From a virus: 64,000 nucleotides of DNA. The notes under the pieces were generated by a model, which did not search any database, was not told the origin of the DNA, and saw nothing but the letters and a program-made list of their open reading frames with translations. Of the stretch, positions 49,050 through 58,329 are shown piece by piece (the first letter of the stretch is position 1; every line of letters begins with the position of its first letter). The stretch is taken from positions 34,353 through 98,352 of IMG/VR virus record IMGVR_UViG_3300016478_000246, one strand, 5' to 3'. The translations under genes were made by a program, and so were the position numbers.

Positions 49050-50248
49050 AAATTAATTTTGTTTTGTTTGTTTATAATAGTTAAACTCATCTCTCTCTCT
49101 TCATCACCACCAAAACCTCTTATGGTTTGTAGTCGTTTATACACTTGCTCTATTTTTTGCTTTTCATGGGGTAATGGCAACTCCTTGAAGTAGTTAACTG
49201 CCCCATCAAAAAATAGCGGGGCAACCATTCCCCCTCCACCTTCTCGTCCTCCAAGTATCTCCAGGAAGCGTATGTTGTCTTTAAGCTTAAAAATATCGTA
49301 GCCCTCATAGTTCTGTATTGCATGCCTAAACGGACTAAACAATCCCAATATAACATTTGCATCTTGTTGAGTACTTTTATTCTCTGATAGACCGTCAAGG
49401 GTGGGTTTTAACTTGCCCAATTTAGCATTTTCATTGGATTCCTGTCCAGGCATTTGCTGTTGAACTCCAGCAATAATATAGCCATACTTATTTCTAAGTT
49501 TAATCGCATAGTCACTGGACCATTTACCAATAGTTTGCATTAGATTTAATCCAATACCATTCTCTTTTTCAGTCTGAAAGAGCTTATAGTGGTCAACAAT
49601 AACCATTCGATATTCACCCGGGTCGTCCTGAACATAGTAATCATCAACTTCTTTAGTCTCAAGGATATTCCCCTGATTATCTTTAAAGTCAATTTTCTTA
49701 TAATATTGAGTACCCTTACGTTTAGCATAATCCTTGAGAAATGTAAATATCCCTGTTGGATGCCTTATGTCATCAATAAAGACAACGTTTTCTTCAAAGA
49801 ACTTAAAATATTCAATATATTCAGGGGACGCTATTAAGTCAAATATATACTCTGGCAAGGGATTATCTTTATCGGTTGACCTCAACCTTTTAGTGTCAAT
49901 ACGAATCTTCCCCTTAGACAATACAAATAGTATATGACATATAAACTGCCTATATTTCTCTTCCGCGCTCATTTCAAGAGTGAAATAAAAGATTTTAATC
50001 CTTATCTTATCTCTATTATGAAACGCATAGAAAAAAGGGCTATACAACATGATTGCATCACAAATTTGAGTCTTACCAACCTTACTATTGGCAGTAAATA
50101 GGTAATATCTTGATTGCTCTATGCCAGGCAATTCCGCTCTAAATCTCTCAAAAGGCAATGGTATGCAGTTTATATTGCCAGACAATACCCGCTCTCTTCG
50201 CTTCCTTAAGTCTTCAACAACACGATTATATAATTTTAATTCATCCAT
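48986..50248 (-). CDS. dnaB: DnaB-like replicative helicase
   Basis: 'TANSKVGKT', 'FTLEMS', 'IVDH', 'VQQQ', 'QDANVILGLFSP'. Start at the TAATG overlap at 50248. Confidence 0.85.
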   Translation of the reverse strand: MDELKLYNRVVEDLRKRRERVLSGNINCIPLPFERFRAELPGIEQSRYYLFTANSKVGKTQICDAIMLYSPFFYAFHNRDKIRIKIFYFTLEMSAEEKYRQFICHILFVLSKGKIRIDTKRLRSTDKDNPLPEYIFDLIASPEYIEYFKFFEENVVFIDDIRHPTGIFTFLKDYAKRKGTQYYKKIDFKDNQGNILETKEVDDYYVQDDPGEYRMVIVDHYKLFQTEKENGIGLNLMQTIGKWSSDYAIKLRNKYGYIIAGVQQQMPGQESNENAKLGKLKPTLDGLSENKSTQQDANVILGLFSPFRHAIQNYEGYDIFKLKDNIRFLEILGGREGGGGMVAPLFFDGAVNYFKELPLPHEKQKIEQVYKRLQTIRGFGGDEEREMSLTIINKQNKINLWQKFVAYLVCRVKVKQPQQL

Positions 50249-50811
50249 TACATTAACGTAGATGTCCACATATCATCATTGCTATTAATTTCAACATTAT
50301 CAATATTTTCTATAATAGACAATAACTCAGACTCACCATTTTTTTCAATAAAATATGGCAGTATCCTCATAAGAGTTTTATCATTTCTAAAGCTATCAAC
50401 ATACTTTTGAGTAGCACTAATTACATCCTGGACAGTAACATGTCTGTTATCTGAAAGAAACACCTTTAGCTTCTTAAACACATTAGCTCTGTTGTCCCGC
50501 CAATACTTATTTGTACCAACCTTTTTGCCCTCTGGAAACATTGAACGTAGTATTTCAACCATTTCAATAATTTCTTCGTCAGGAGGCCCTCCAGAGGCTT
50601 TTAAATCGCTATCTATAGCCTTTAATAACGCAATGCCATCATTTGTTATGCTACTTTCATACATGCCGTCATACAGCACGTATTTGCGCTCAGCGAGAGA
50701 TTTAATATCTATCGGTGGGTTTAATGCTGGCTCATAAGACAACATGTTGAGGAATAAATACTCCAACATACTTATCTTATGCTTTTTTAAAATTTTACTT
50801 GGTACTTTCAT
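50248..50811 (-). CDS. wHTH/replication-initiator- or helicase-loader-like protein
   Basis: Coupled to DnaB. wHTH-like N-terminus ('KSLAERKYV...ITNDG'). Paralog of 29258..29776. Confidence 0.55.
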   Translation of the reverse strand: MKVPSKILKKHKISMLEYLFLNMLSYEPALNPPIDIKSLAERKYVLYDGMYESSITNDGIALLKAIDSDLKASGGPPDEEIIEMVEILRSMFPEGKKVGTNKYWRDNRANVFKKLKVFLSDNRHVTVQDVISATQKYVDSFRNDKTLMRILPYFIEKNGESELLSIIENIDNVEINSNDDMWTSTLM

Positions 50812-52022
50812 TTAACTCCTATTTGATAATTTATATACTCTGCTGGAATCCCTTTCAGGATTTTCTTCAAATAATCCTCATCTCTTGTATTGCGATACAC
50901 TAATATATATACTATTGGCTTGGGATGTCTTACGCTTCGACCTAACTTCTGAATAAATATACGATCAATATTATCAAGTTGAGTTACTACTGCTATCTGG
51001 GTGTCAACCAAGTTAACGCCCTCTACAAGCATCCCAACGGCAAATATTTGATTACGCTTCAATTCATTGAACTCATTTAAAATGCGATTGTTTTGTTTCA
51101 CCTTGCTGTGAATAACATTGTTTTTGCCAACTTCATTAGCCTGCTCAATAGACCCGCAGAAACAAATTAATCGTTTGTCTTTAAGAGAATGAATTAGCTT
51201 CTTTAGCTCAGATGTTTTGCTTTCAGACAATGTTCGTTTACGCTGAATACTATAATTCATAAGAATCTTTTCGTATCTTCCCAAGCCTTCCTCGTCAATC
51301 TTTTCTTGCAGCCTTTCAATATGCGCATCATAGAAATCATATTTTTCTTGTGCACTACATTTAGCCCTCATTATAAGATTCGGATACTTTTTTGTGTTAT
51401 AAACATATTTGTCCATAGTATTTATATCACACTGCACATTTATTGCACTCTTGGAATCACCTCTTTTGATTTCAATAAACTGATTTTTAATGTTTTGCGG
51501 TAAATCAAGCAAGACAACATTAACTACCGGCTGTGGAAACAGCCCCAGCTTAACCGCTTGATCAATTGTTATTGTAAAAGTAAACGTCGCCCCAAACATG
51601 TATTTAAAATCATATTTATCAATAGCATCTATTGTTGCTGATAGACCGATAACTCTGTCAGCTTTAATCTTCTCAAACAAATGTTTACGAGCCTCAGTGA
51701 ATACGTGATGGCACTCATCAAGGATTACAAGGTCATAGCTTTCTTTCACATGCTTCTTTAGTGATTGATAGCATATTATCTTAGTATTGCCAAATAAATG
51801 AATAAATCCATGCTTTTTGTATTCATCAGTCCAAGTCTGCTTGTGAGCAGTCTCAGCGACGCATATAAGCGTCTTAGGGCGTCCCAATGATGCTTGTAAT
51901 GATATTGCATTATAAGTTTTTCCAAGGCCCGTAGGAAACTCAAGAATGATGTTCCTAAAGACTTTAAATTTCTCTAATGCATAATTTGTTATTTTCTCTC
52001 TATTTTTCTGTTTGTCAATCAT
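50808..52022 (-). CDS. Superfamily 2 (DExH) helicase
   Basis: 'PTGLGKT', 'ILDECH', 'LSAT', 'EGVNL', 'QKLGRSVR'. Probable start ATG 52022. Confidence 0.9.
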   Translation of the reverse strand: MIDKQKNREKITNYALEKFKVFRNIILEFPTGLGKTYNAISLQASLGRPKTLICVAETAHKQTWTDEYKKHGFIHLFGNTKIICYQSLKKHVKESYDLVILDECHHVFTEARKHLFEKIKADRVIGLSATIDAIDKYDFKYMFGATFTFTITIDQAVKLGLFPQPVVNVVLLDLPQNIKNQFIEIKRGDSKSAINVQCDINTMDKYVYNTKKYPNLIMRAKCSAQEKYDFYDAHIERLQEKIDEEGLGRYEKILMNYSIQRKRTLSESKTSELKKLIHSLKDKRLICFCGSIEQANEVGKNNVIHSKVKQNNRILNEFNELKRNQIFAVGMLVEGVNLVDTQIAVVTQLDNIDRIFIQKLGRSVRHPKPIVYILVYRNTRDEDYLKKILKGIPAEYINYQIGVK

Positions 52023-52034
52023 TTTAATTTGTTT

Positions 52035-52067
52035 TAAACCCACCCTTTAAATTTAATAAAGGGTGGG
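52035..52067 (-). terminator. Hairpin (terminator/attenuator) upstream of the replication block
   Basis: cccacccttta (52039-52049) pairs with taaagggtggg (52057-52067). Short T-run after it on the minus strand. Confidence 0.55.
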
Positions 52068-52089
52068 GCTAACTAAACAACAACAACAA

Positions 52090-52473
52090 TTAATTAAAAA
52101 CAACTTTGTATTTAACAGATATTCTTGAATAAACAATCTTTATGACTTTAAGGCCAGTTTTATAAGAATATATTTCTAAAAGGCAATACTCTTCTTCTAC
52201 AAAGCTATAACATGGTATAGAAAGCAACTCCCCCCACTCATAGCTGGCAGAATGATTGCTTAAAATCTTTAAATACTGTGCATCTTCACTTTGAATGCTA
52301 ATTAAGTTAGATTCAGTGTCAATGGTAAATGGTATTTCAACTGAAACCCATTTCCCCCACGATGCATCAGAATTGTCCTTCATAACTGCGTGTGTCGTTG
52401 TGCCGGTAAATATTTCAGCACTTGCTGCGATGCTTAGCATGGCAACACAAAATAGCAATAATAGTTTTTTCAT
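52090..52473 (-). CDS. Secreted/periplasmic protein
   Basis: Sec signal peptide 'MKKLLLLFCVAMLSIAASA'. Confidence 0.7.
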   Translation of the reverse strand: MKKLLLLFCVAMLSIAASAEIFTGTTTHAVMKDNSDASWGKWVSVEIPFTIDTESNLISIQSEDAQYLKILSNHSASYEWGELLSIPCYSFVEEEYCLLEIYSYKTGLKVIKIVYSRISVKYKVVFN

Positions 52474-52670
52474 TACATTTGTTTTTTAGACCTAAACTCC
52501 CGGATTGCTGCTTCAATACTGTTGCAGAAGGTCAGGAGGCTATTGTCTTTGATTTGAAATTTTTTAATTCTCATTTTACGTGCATGAATACGCCTATAAA
52601 TCATAGGCTCTTGAAATAGTATTATCCCTGCCTTGGTGGATATTACCGGCATTTTGTGGCGTGTTCTCAT
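52473..52670 (-). CDS. Hypothetical small basic protein
   Basis: 65 aa, overlaps both neighbours. Confidence 0.5.
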   Translation of the reverse strand: MRTRHKMPVISTKAGIILFQEPMIYRRIHARKMRIKKFQIKDNSLLTFCNSIEAAIREFRSKKQM

Positions 52671-52924
52671 AGCTCAACAAAAGAGTATCCATAACCTTCG
52701 TCGCAACGTTTCAGGTAACTGGACATTCTTTGGCCGGGCTTCATGTTTTTCCAGATAAACGGCTTTTCCCATGATGGACACATGCCATGAATCCATGATT
52801 TAATTACGCTACCGTCAATTTTCGTTTTCCTTGCGCAACGCACATGTTTTGTGTCATTAAATTTACCAACTCTCGGCTTCAAATTAACTGTTAAAAGAAT
52901 TCCTTCTGACATAATGATTTCCAT
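52667..52924 (-). CDS. Hypothetical protein
   Basis: 85 aa with 'CPSWEK..WK' motif. Confidence 0.55.
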   Translation of the reverse strand: MEIIMSEGILLTVNLKPRVGKFNDTKHVRCARKTKIDGSVIKSWIHGMCPSWEKPFIWKNMKPGQRMSSYLKRCDEGYGYSFVEL

Positions 52925-53029
52925 GCCCTTGGATTATTAAAGTGGCATTTTAGGTTTGTTGTCCCCCAACCATATAGTTTTTATGAGATAGCTACTGTGC
53001 TTCACTTCTACTGAAAAATCTATAAAAAA

Positions 53030-53893
53030 TCAAAATATATAGCGAATTTTATTCCAGGGAATAATTTCATCATGAGTTTTGGTAAATTCTCTGATTAAAT
53101 TATGCCTAAAGCCTGGTTTATAGCAGATATTATTATCACCATTAGATGATATTTTGCCTGCCTGAATACTTGGGTTCCAAAGCATAGATTCTCCTGGGAG
53201 ATTGTTTTTGACATTATACTCATGTTTGGATTCATTATGAGTTAAAAATATAACTTCACAATGAACTTTATCTTTGTATTTATCTAAAACTATTTTATCT
53301 ATAATTTGAAAGAGTTCTGCATAATCTCTTTTAAAATCTGGCGTGTAAATCACCGGACTAAAATTGATATGCACATCATAACCTGCCACTGCAAACTCAT
53401 TAATAGCGCCAATCCTGCGTATGATAGACGAAGTTTTTGGTTCAAGTATTTTTGAGTATGCGGGTGGCATAAGACTAAAACGAATTCTTACCTTGTTTTT
53501 AGGGTTATACTCTAAAAGAGATTCATTTACATATTTTGTAGCGAATGATGCATAAGCTATTTCGTGATTAGCAAAAAAATCAAATATTTTACCAACATCA
53601 TAATACTTAGCGTGCAAAGCAAAATCTTCATTACACGATATATCATAAGTAATATACTTGTCGTGCGTTTGATTGGGTTTGTCTACAACTGCAAACCATG
53701 CATGATGATCTATTTCTGAAAGAATTTGATTAATATTAGTTGCTATTGTAAGTCCTTCGGGCATATGACGCTTCATGTAGCAATAACTACAATTATATAA
53801 ACAGCCATGCCCGAATGATGGAGAAATGAAATCCGTGCTACGACCACTTGGCCTAATAATCATTGATTTTCGCTCAACGAAATTAATTTTCAT
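53030..53893 (-). CDS. Spore photoproduct lyase-like radical SAM protein
   Basis: 'GHGCLYNCSYCY' CxxxCxxC motif, 'FATKYVN', 'RIRFSLMP', 'HINFSPVI'. Confidence 0.85.
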   Translation of the reverse strand: MKINFVERKSMIIRPSGRSTDFISPSFGHGCLYNCSYCYMKRHMPEGLTIATNINQILSEIDHHAWFAVVDKPNQTHDKYITYDISCNEDFALHAKYYDVGKIFDFFANHEIAYASFATKYVNESLLEYNPKNKVRIRFSLMPPAYSKILEPKTSSIIRRIGAINEFAVAGYDVHINFSPVIYTPDFKRDYAELFQIIDKIVLDKYKDKVHCEVIFLTHNESKHEYNVKNNLPGESMLWNPSIQAGKISSNGDNNICYKPGFRHNLIREFTKTHDEIIPWNKIRYIF

Positions 53894-53894
53894 T

Positions 53895-54110
53895 TCACAT
53901 TACCTTGATTTGTTTGGAATAAATCAAATAATTTCCTCTTGCATAATTCAATAAAGCCCTTCTGCGCCTTCCTTTCAAATAATCCAAATCTTTACTTTGT
54001 TCGCAAAGCTCTTCAATAGGCGATGATGCATACATTTTATAAATCCCTTCTCCTGGGTGATAATAAATTGAGATTAATTTATTAAGCTTTCTAAGTAATT
54101 TTACTTTCAT
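53895..54110 (-). CDS. Hypothetical protein
   Basis: 71 aa, 'MKVKLLRKL' start, ATGA coupling. Confidence 0.55.
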   Translation of the reverse strand: MKVKLLRKLNKLISIYYHPGEGIYKMYASSPIEELCEQSKDLDYLKGRRRRALLNYARGNYLIYSKQIKVM

Positions 54111-54349
54111 AAATTCTCTTGTCTTAAAAGTTCGTCTGCAATTTCATAGGCATCTTTTACAAGCTCTATGTCACCATTTTCAAATTTATATGCTAAATTA
54201 TCCATATAGACATGGTTTGATAGAAGTCCCTGCATAGCCATACAAGCTGCGTAAAATCGTTTTGACATACCTTCTTGCAAATAACCATTCTCTGATGTTC
54301 CATACATACACGCAAATGCTGGCTCTTGACCTAATTTTTCGTCGTTCAT
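54107..54349 (-). CDS. Conserved phage hypothetical protein
   Basis: 'PAF...GMSKRFYAACMAMQGLL...AYEIADELL' is a common small phage protein pattern. Confidence 0.65.
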   Translation of the reverse strand: MNDEKLGQEPAFACMYGTSENGYLQEGMSKRFYAACMAMQGLLSNHVYMDNLAYKFENGDIELVKDAYEIADELLRQENL

Positions 54350-54840
54350 AACAATGGTTTTGCAATTTCCAACAAATCCCTGAAGTTTTCTAGAAATTCA
54401 TCTCGTAATTTTCTTTTTTTAAAAAATAAAATACGTTGAGATGCAATAAGATAATCTCTAGCGAATTCATTTCTAACAACTGTAATAACATATTTTTGCG
54501 AGTTATCTTTCCAATCAGGCTCCCATCCATCATTATAAATATTTCTCAGATATAATAATTGACATAATGCCAACATTGCTTCAGCAAGTTTTATGGTAGG
54601 GAGACTATTTTTATTATGGCATTCAATTATTCCTGTGTTCACAGGTTTGATAAGAGAATCAGAACTGACAAAATACCCATTTAGATGAACAATATCTTCC
54701 CACTTCTTAGGCAACTTTGGCTTAATTCCCAACTCTTCGTCGCTAAAGTTCTGCTTAATCAACATATCCATAGCTTCGTCTTTACCGAGCATTTGTTTTG
54801 CAAGGTCTAAAGACATTTTAATTTGTTTTTCTGTGTTCAT
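54346..54840 (-). CDS. Conserved phage hypothetical protein
   Basis: 'AMLALCQL..LR..YNDGWEPDW' and 'RDEFLENFRDLLE' pattern. Confidence 0.65.
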   Translation of the reverse strand: MNTEKQIKMSLDLAKQMLGKDEAMDMLIKQNFSDEELGIKPKLPKKWEDIVHLNGYFVSSDSLIKPVNTGIIECHNKNSLPTIKLAEAMLALCQLLYLRNIYNDGWEPDWKDNSQKYVITVVRNEFARDYLIASQRILFFKKRKLRDEFLENFRDLLEIAKPLL

Positions 54841-54870
54841 TTTACTTGATTTATTATGTTAGTACTTAAT

Positions 54871-55305
54871 TTATAGTCTAATTAGATTATATTTTTTAAA
54901 TTTTTCATTATCTATAAAAAATTTTGTTAATATGCTGCTAGCCATATCTTTTTCTAAATACTCATCAAAAAGCTCTATGCCGTCACATCCATTACTTGAA
55001 TTCCACATACCTCCGTTTGTAAGATGTATTGTATAGCCATATGCACCATTTGAAAATGATTTTACAATGTCTTCTTTTTTAAGTACATCTATAAGTTCTT
55101 TTAAAGTATAATAATGTAAGTTAGGATACTTTTTGGAAAGATAATCATATGTAAAAAATCTTTTTAAACAAAGTTCTTTATCACTATTAGATAATTTATT
55201 TTTAAATTCTGGTATATTATTTATAGCCCAAACAATATATTGAGTGTCTGTTTTTAAAACATGTGAAAAATCTTTACCGTTGTGCTTGCCAAAATTAAAT
55301 TTCAT
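54871..55305 (-). CDS. Protein with N-terminal FGKH(x)G (DUF3820/ExoX C-terminal-like) domain
   Basis: 'FNFGKHNGK...DTQYIVWA'. Confidence 0.6.
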   Translation of the reverse strand: MKFNFGKHNGKDFSHVLKTDTQYIVWAINNIPEFKNKLSNSDKELCLKRFFTYDYLSKKYPNLHYYTLKELIDVLKKEDIVKSFSNGAYGYTIHLTNGGMWNSSNGCDGIELFDEYLEKDMASSILTKFFIDNEKFKKYNLIRL

Positions 55306-55556
55306 TTCACTTGATTTATTGTGTTTAAAATTGATTGCTTGTTTACTTCGTGGATAAACCCACTGCTATCATCTGATGTTTCGATGCTATTTATTTCAGC
55401 ATTTTCAACAGCTAATTCAAGAACTTGTTTACAGGCAGCTTTCATTGCAACTAAACATTTTTCAACAGAAGCACTATCTCCTGGAATAAAAACATATTTA
55501 TTAGGGTTTTTACCCATAGATTTTTTTAAGATTTCTTCTAAATTAATTTCTTTCAT
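55302..55556 (-). CDS. Hypothetical protein
   Basis: Start reassigned to ATG 55556 (MKEINLEE...). C-terminal 'VNKQSILN'. Confidence 0.6.
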   Translation of the reverse strand: MKEINLEEILKKSMGKNPNKYVFIPGDSASVEKCLVAMKAACKQVLELAVENAEINSIETSDDSSGFIHEVNKQSILNTINQVK

Positions 55557-55558
55557 GA

Positions 55559-55690
55559 CTACCTCCCTGCATTTACCAACAAATAAGCAAATCCTATCCC
55601 TGCCGCAATGGCAGCCGCAATGGATGCGACTAAACAAATTGTATCAACGATTTTTTGAGCAATTTCGCCCACATCCTGATTAAATCTCAT
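55559..55690 (-). CDS. Small single-pass membrane protein (43 aa, not in ORF track)
   Basis: MRFNQDVGEIAQKIVDTICLVASIAAAIAAGIGFAYLLVNAGR fills the gap between neighbours almost exactly. Confidence 0.55.
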   Translation of the reverse strand: MRFNQDVGEIAQKIVDTICLVASIAAAIAAGIGFAYLLVNAGR

Positions 55691-55694
55691 AATG

Positions 55695-56045
55695 TTATTG
55701 CTTTAATTTACCGCAAAGTGAACCGTCGAGGAAAGTGTAATCTTTTAACAGAGCTTCGTATGTAATATTAGAAGTACAATCTTCATCAAAAAACGTAAGA
55801 AGTTCAATCCAATTTTCGTCTTTAGATTTTATTATTTTCCCAACAAGCTGTTCAGCATCTTCAAAACTAAACGGGATGTACTCCGGTTCTTTGGGTTGTT
55901 TTTTTATGCGGTAGTCAAATGATACCCAGTCCCATTCTGGTTCAGTTTCTTCTTTCCAATCTCCAACAACGATTGGTTTTGCTTCAATCTCTGCACCGTT
56001 TTCAAACGCCTGCATTACCTCAATCATTTCTTTTGTTGTTTTCAT
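55695..56045 (-). CDS. Conserved phage hypothetical protein
   Basis: 'IEVMQAFENGAEIE...PEWDW..FDYRIK' and 'YTFLDGSLCG'. Confidence 0.65.
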   Translation of the reverse strand: MKTTKEMIEVMQAFENGAEIEAKPIVVGDWKEETEPEWDWVSFDYRIKKQPKEPEYIPFSFEDAEQLVGKIIKSKDENWIELLTFFDEDCTSNITYEALLKDYTFLDGSLCGKLKQ

Positions 56046-56059
56046 AATGTTATTGTTAA

Positions 56060-56392
56060 TTATTTGTATTTAATTGGTCGATAATGAGTTACTACATTCC
56101 AATCGGACTCACAGCTCCATTTTGACTTATTTATAAGATGTGCTACCCCATATTTTATGACAGGGTTCATTCCACCAGTTGATATTTTGACAAAATAAAC
56201 CTCATAATCACCGTTTGGATATTTAGCATTATCGAAAACCGGCAACTCTTCTTCGACCGGTATCCATCTTTGAATTTGTCTTGCCATCTCATAACAGGCA
56301 ATTTCAAGGTCTATTCTTTGCCAGCCAGATTTCTCACAATACATGTCAGCATCTATAGCTATTTGCTCTGCAATTTCTTGTTCTGTTTTCAT
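56060..56392 (-). CDS. DUF551-like protein
   Basis: 'RWIPVEEELP ... VTHYRPI'. Confidence 0.65.
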   Translation of the reverse strand: MKTEQEIAEQIAIDADMYCEKSGWQRIDLEIACYEMARQIQRWIPVEEELPVFDNAKYPNGDYEVYFVKISTGGMNPVIKYGVAHLINKSKWSCESDWNVVTHYRPIKYK

Positions 56393-56439
56393 TATGCATT
56401 ATTGTTATTATTTGTTTTTTAAGATATAAATGCAATCAG

Positions 56440-56470
56440 GTTACATATATATCGGTGTTATGGGTAAATT
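56440..56470. repeat. attC-like cassette-end repeat, copy 1
   Basis: 25/31 identical to 58330-58360. Abuts the stop codon of the HD gene. Confidence 0.6.
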
Positions 56471-56904
56471 TAAAAAGAAACAATGCGATTATATGCAGTG
56501 TGATACTTTTTAAGTCGAAGTAAATCTTTTTCTGACAATTCAGGAAGTCTTGTAATATCCATATTGTCTAATAAGTCAAATTTTTTGACAAGTCGAGCGT
56601 CTGAATTTTCTAAAACCTGACTTATATAATCGTCATAGCTTTGACCTTTTTTATGTGTCATTGCTACAATTCCATTTATAACTCTTTGATTAAAAAAACA
56701 CGATAATGATTTTTCGTTCCATTCTGTGCAATCTTCTAATAAATCGTGAAGTAAAGCAATACACTTTATTTCATTGTTTATGTTTGGGTGTTGAACACAT
56801 ATTGAATTTTTAACTCGTTCTAAGTGCTGAAAATAAGGCTTACCAGCTTTATCGGTTGCGCCTTTGAATGCTTCTTGAGCAATTTTGAAAGCCATTTCTA
56901 ACAT
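56470..56904 (-). CDS. HD-domain (p)ppGpp hydrolase-like protein (SpoT/Mesh1 family)
   Basis: 'DKAGKPYFQHLERV', 'ALLHDLLED', 'VKKFDLLDNMD'. Confidence 0.82.
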   Translation of the reverse strand: MLEMAFKIAQEAFKGATDKAGKPYFQHLERVKNSICVQHPNINNEIKCIALLHDLLEDCTEWNEKSLSCFFNQRVINGIVAMTHKKGQSYDDYISQVLENSDARLVKKFDLLDNMDITRLPELSEKDLLRLKKYHTAYNRIVSF

Positions 56905-57023
56905 ATTTTGAATTTTAAATTGTTTTACGAAAAGAAAATTAATAAAAATCTACTCATAATCGAGTGGACTGCCCTGCCGGAAGTCAACACCCAAATTCCC
57001 CTTTATTGATATTCAATTGCTTC

Positions 57024-57485
57024 TTAAATTAATTTAAGTGTTTGAAATAATCCAGTTTCGAGAGCTTCTTCATATGAATTAAATAATTCATTCCAATTCC
57101 ACTTTAATTTACCTTTAAATATATAATATTTAATTTCATTTGATGAAATCATGCATGATATAATTGTAGTATGAATCCGGTGCTTTTCTCTAAGCCATTT
57201 CTGAAGTAACGCCTGTGTCGGGGCTGAGTAAGTCTCTAAGTAACCCTTAGACTTGCTACAACCAAAGCATCTACTTCCATCTTTTTTAGTTAGAAACCTG
57301 TCATTCCAATTCTCAATGAGCTCCTCGTATTTAAAAGTAACTTCTTCACCGTAATAACCATGAGTCGTATTTAATATGTTTTCTCTAAGCTCACCGTCCT
57401 CAAAATAATAATTAAGGCAAAGCTCTTTAAACCCTTTATCCTTAGCTAACTTAGCTACTTCAAATCCTACTATTTGTTCTTGCAT
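57024..57485 (-). CDS. Conserved phage hypothetical protein (paralog of 57787..58233)
   Basis: 'VGFEVAKLAKDKGF', 'APTQALLQKWLREKH', 'SYEEALE'. Confidence 0.65.
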   Translation of the reverse strand: MQEQIVGFEVAKLAKDKGFKELCLNYYFEDGELRENILNTTHGYYGEEVTFKYEELIENWNDRFLTKKDGSRCFGCSKSKGYLETYSAPTQALLQKWLREKHRIHTTIISCMISSNEIKYYIFKGKLKWNWNELFNSYEEALETGLFQTLKLI

Positions 57486-57811
57486 AACTTTTTAATTTGT
57501 GGTAAAGCTACTCCAAAATCGCCCCATTTCAAATCCATACAACCTTCTCCCCACCAAACCCATAAAGGTTTAGATGAAGCTACTACTTTATGAAATCTAC
57601 CCTTTGAATTCCATGTTTCTGGTCGATAATGATATGGTAATTCATGAGAATAACCTATACTAACTCTACCTAATTGATTACTAGATGAATTGTAAACCCA
57701 CGTTCCATCTCCACATGATTTCCATCCGTCTGAATGACTTATAGGTTTTTGTTCGTATTCTATTTCGAATTCAATTCCATGATGAATTACTGTCGCTCTT
57801 TTTGTTTGCAT
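57470..57811 (-). CDS. Hypothetical protein
   Basis: 113 aa, Trp-rich, overlaps both neighbours. Confidence 0.5.
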   Translation of the reverse strand: MQTKRATVIHHGIEFEIEYEQKPISHSDGWKSCGDGTWVYNSSSNQLGRVSIGYSHELPYHYRPETWNSKGRFHKVVASSKPLWVWWGEGCMDLKWGDFGVALPQIKKLCKNK

Positions 57812-58233
57812 AATTCTATTACTTTTAAAATTGCTTGTTCACGTGCTTCTTCGTAGGAATAAAAAATAAAATTCTCATTATCCAATTTATTCCTAACCGT
57901 TATAGAATTGATTAATTCCTTGTTTTTATAAATTTTACACCATGCCTGAAATGGATATGCTCCCTCATAAGAATCATAGTATTTCCCCATGTCTATAAAT
58001 ACAAATATACCGTGTTTCTCTTTGAGCCAATCCATGCATTGCTGCCAGAGAGGGGCAAGAACTGATTCGCCTTCGTTATGATATTTATGAGCATACCGCA
58101 TTGTTTTCAAATCAATACCATAGATTAATTCTTCGTCAGGATTGTAATATCCAAAACAAAGTTTATTAAACCCCAACTCTTTCATTGCTAATGCAATATC
58201 ATAAGTCACAAACAGCTCTTTCATACTTTTCAT
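57787..58233 (-). CDS. Conserved phage hypothetical protein (paralog of 57024..57485)
   Basis: 'VTYDIALAMKELGF', 'APLWQQCMDWLKEKH', 'SYEEARE'. Confidence 0.65.
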   Translation of the reverse strand: MKSMKELFVTYDIALAMKELGFNKLCFGYYNPDEELIYGIDLKTMRYAHKYHNEGESVLAPLWQQCMDWLKEKHGIFVFIDMGKYYDSYEGAYPFQAWCKIYKNKELINSITVRNKLDNENFIFYSYEEAREQAILKVIELCKQKERQ

Positions 58234-58329
58234 TTCTTTTTGATTTTTACTGAAATTTTCTTCATATTACGCTTAATGCTTCTATTGTTCATCCAAATAT
58301 CATGGCCGCTTAAGTATCTTTTCCAATGA

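Noticed and set aside
55302-55637. Cys-rich N-terminus 'HCGCHCG' in the ORF track
   Set aside because: Out-of-frame reading of the 43-aa membrane gene 55559..55690; the real start is probably 55556.
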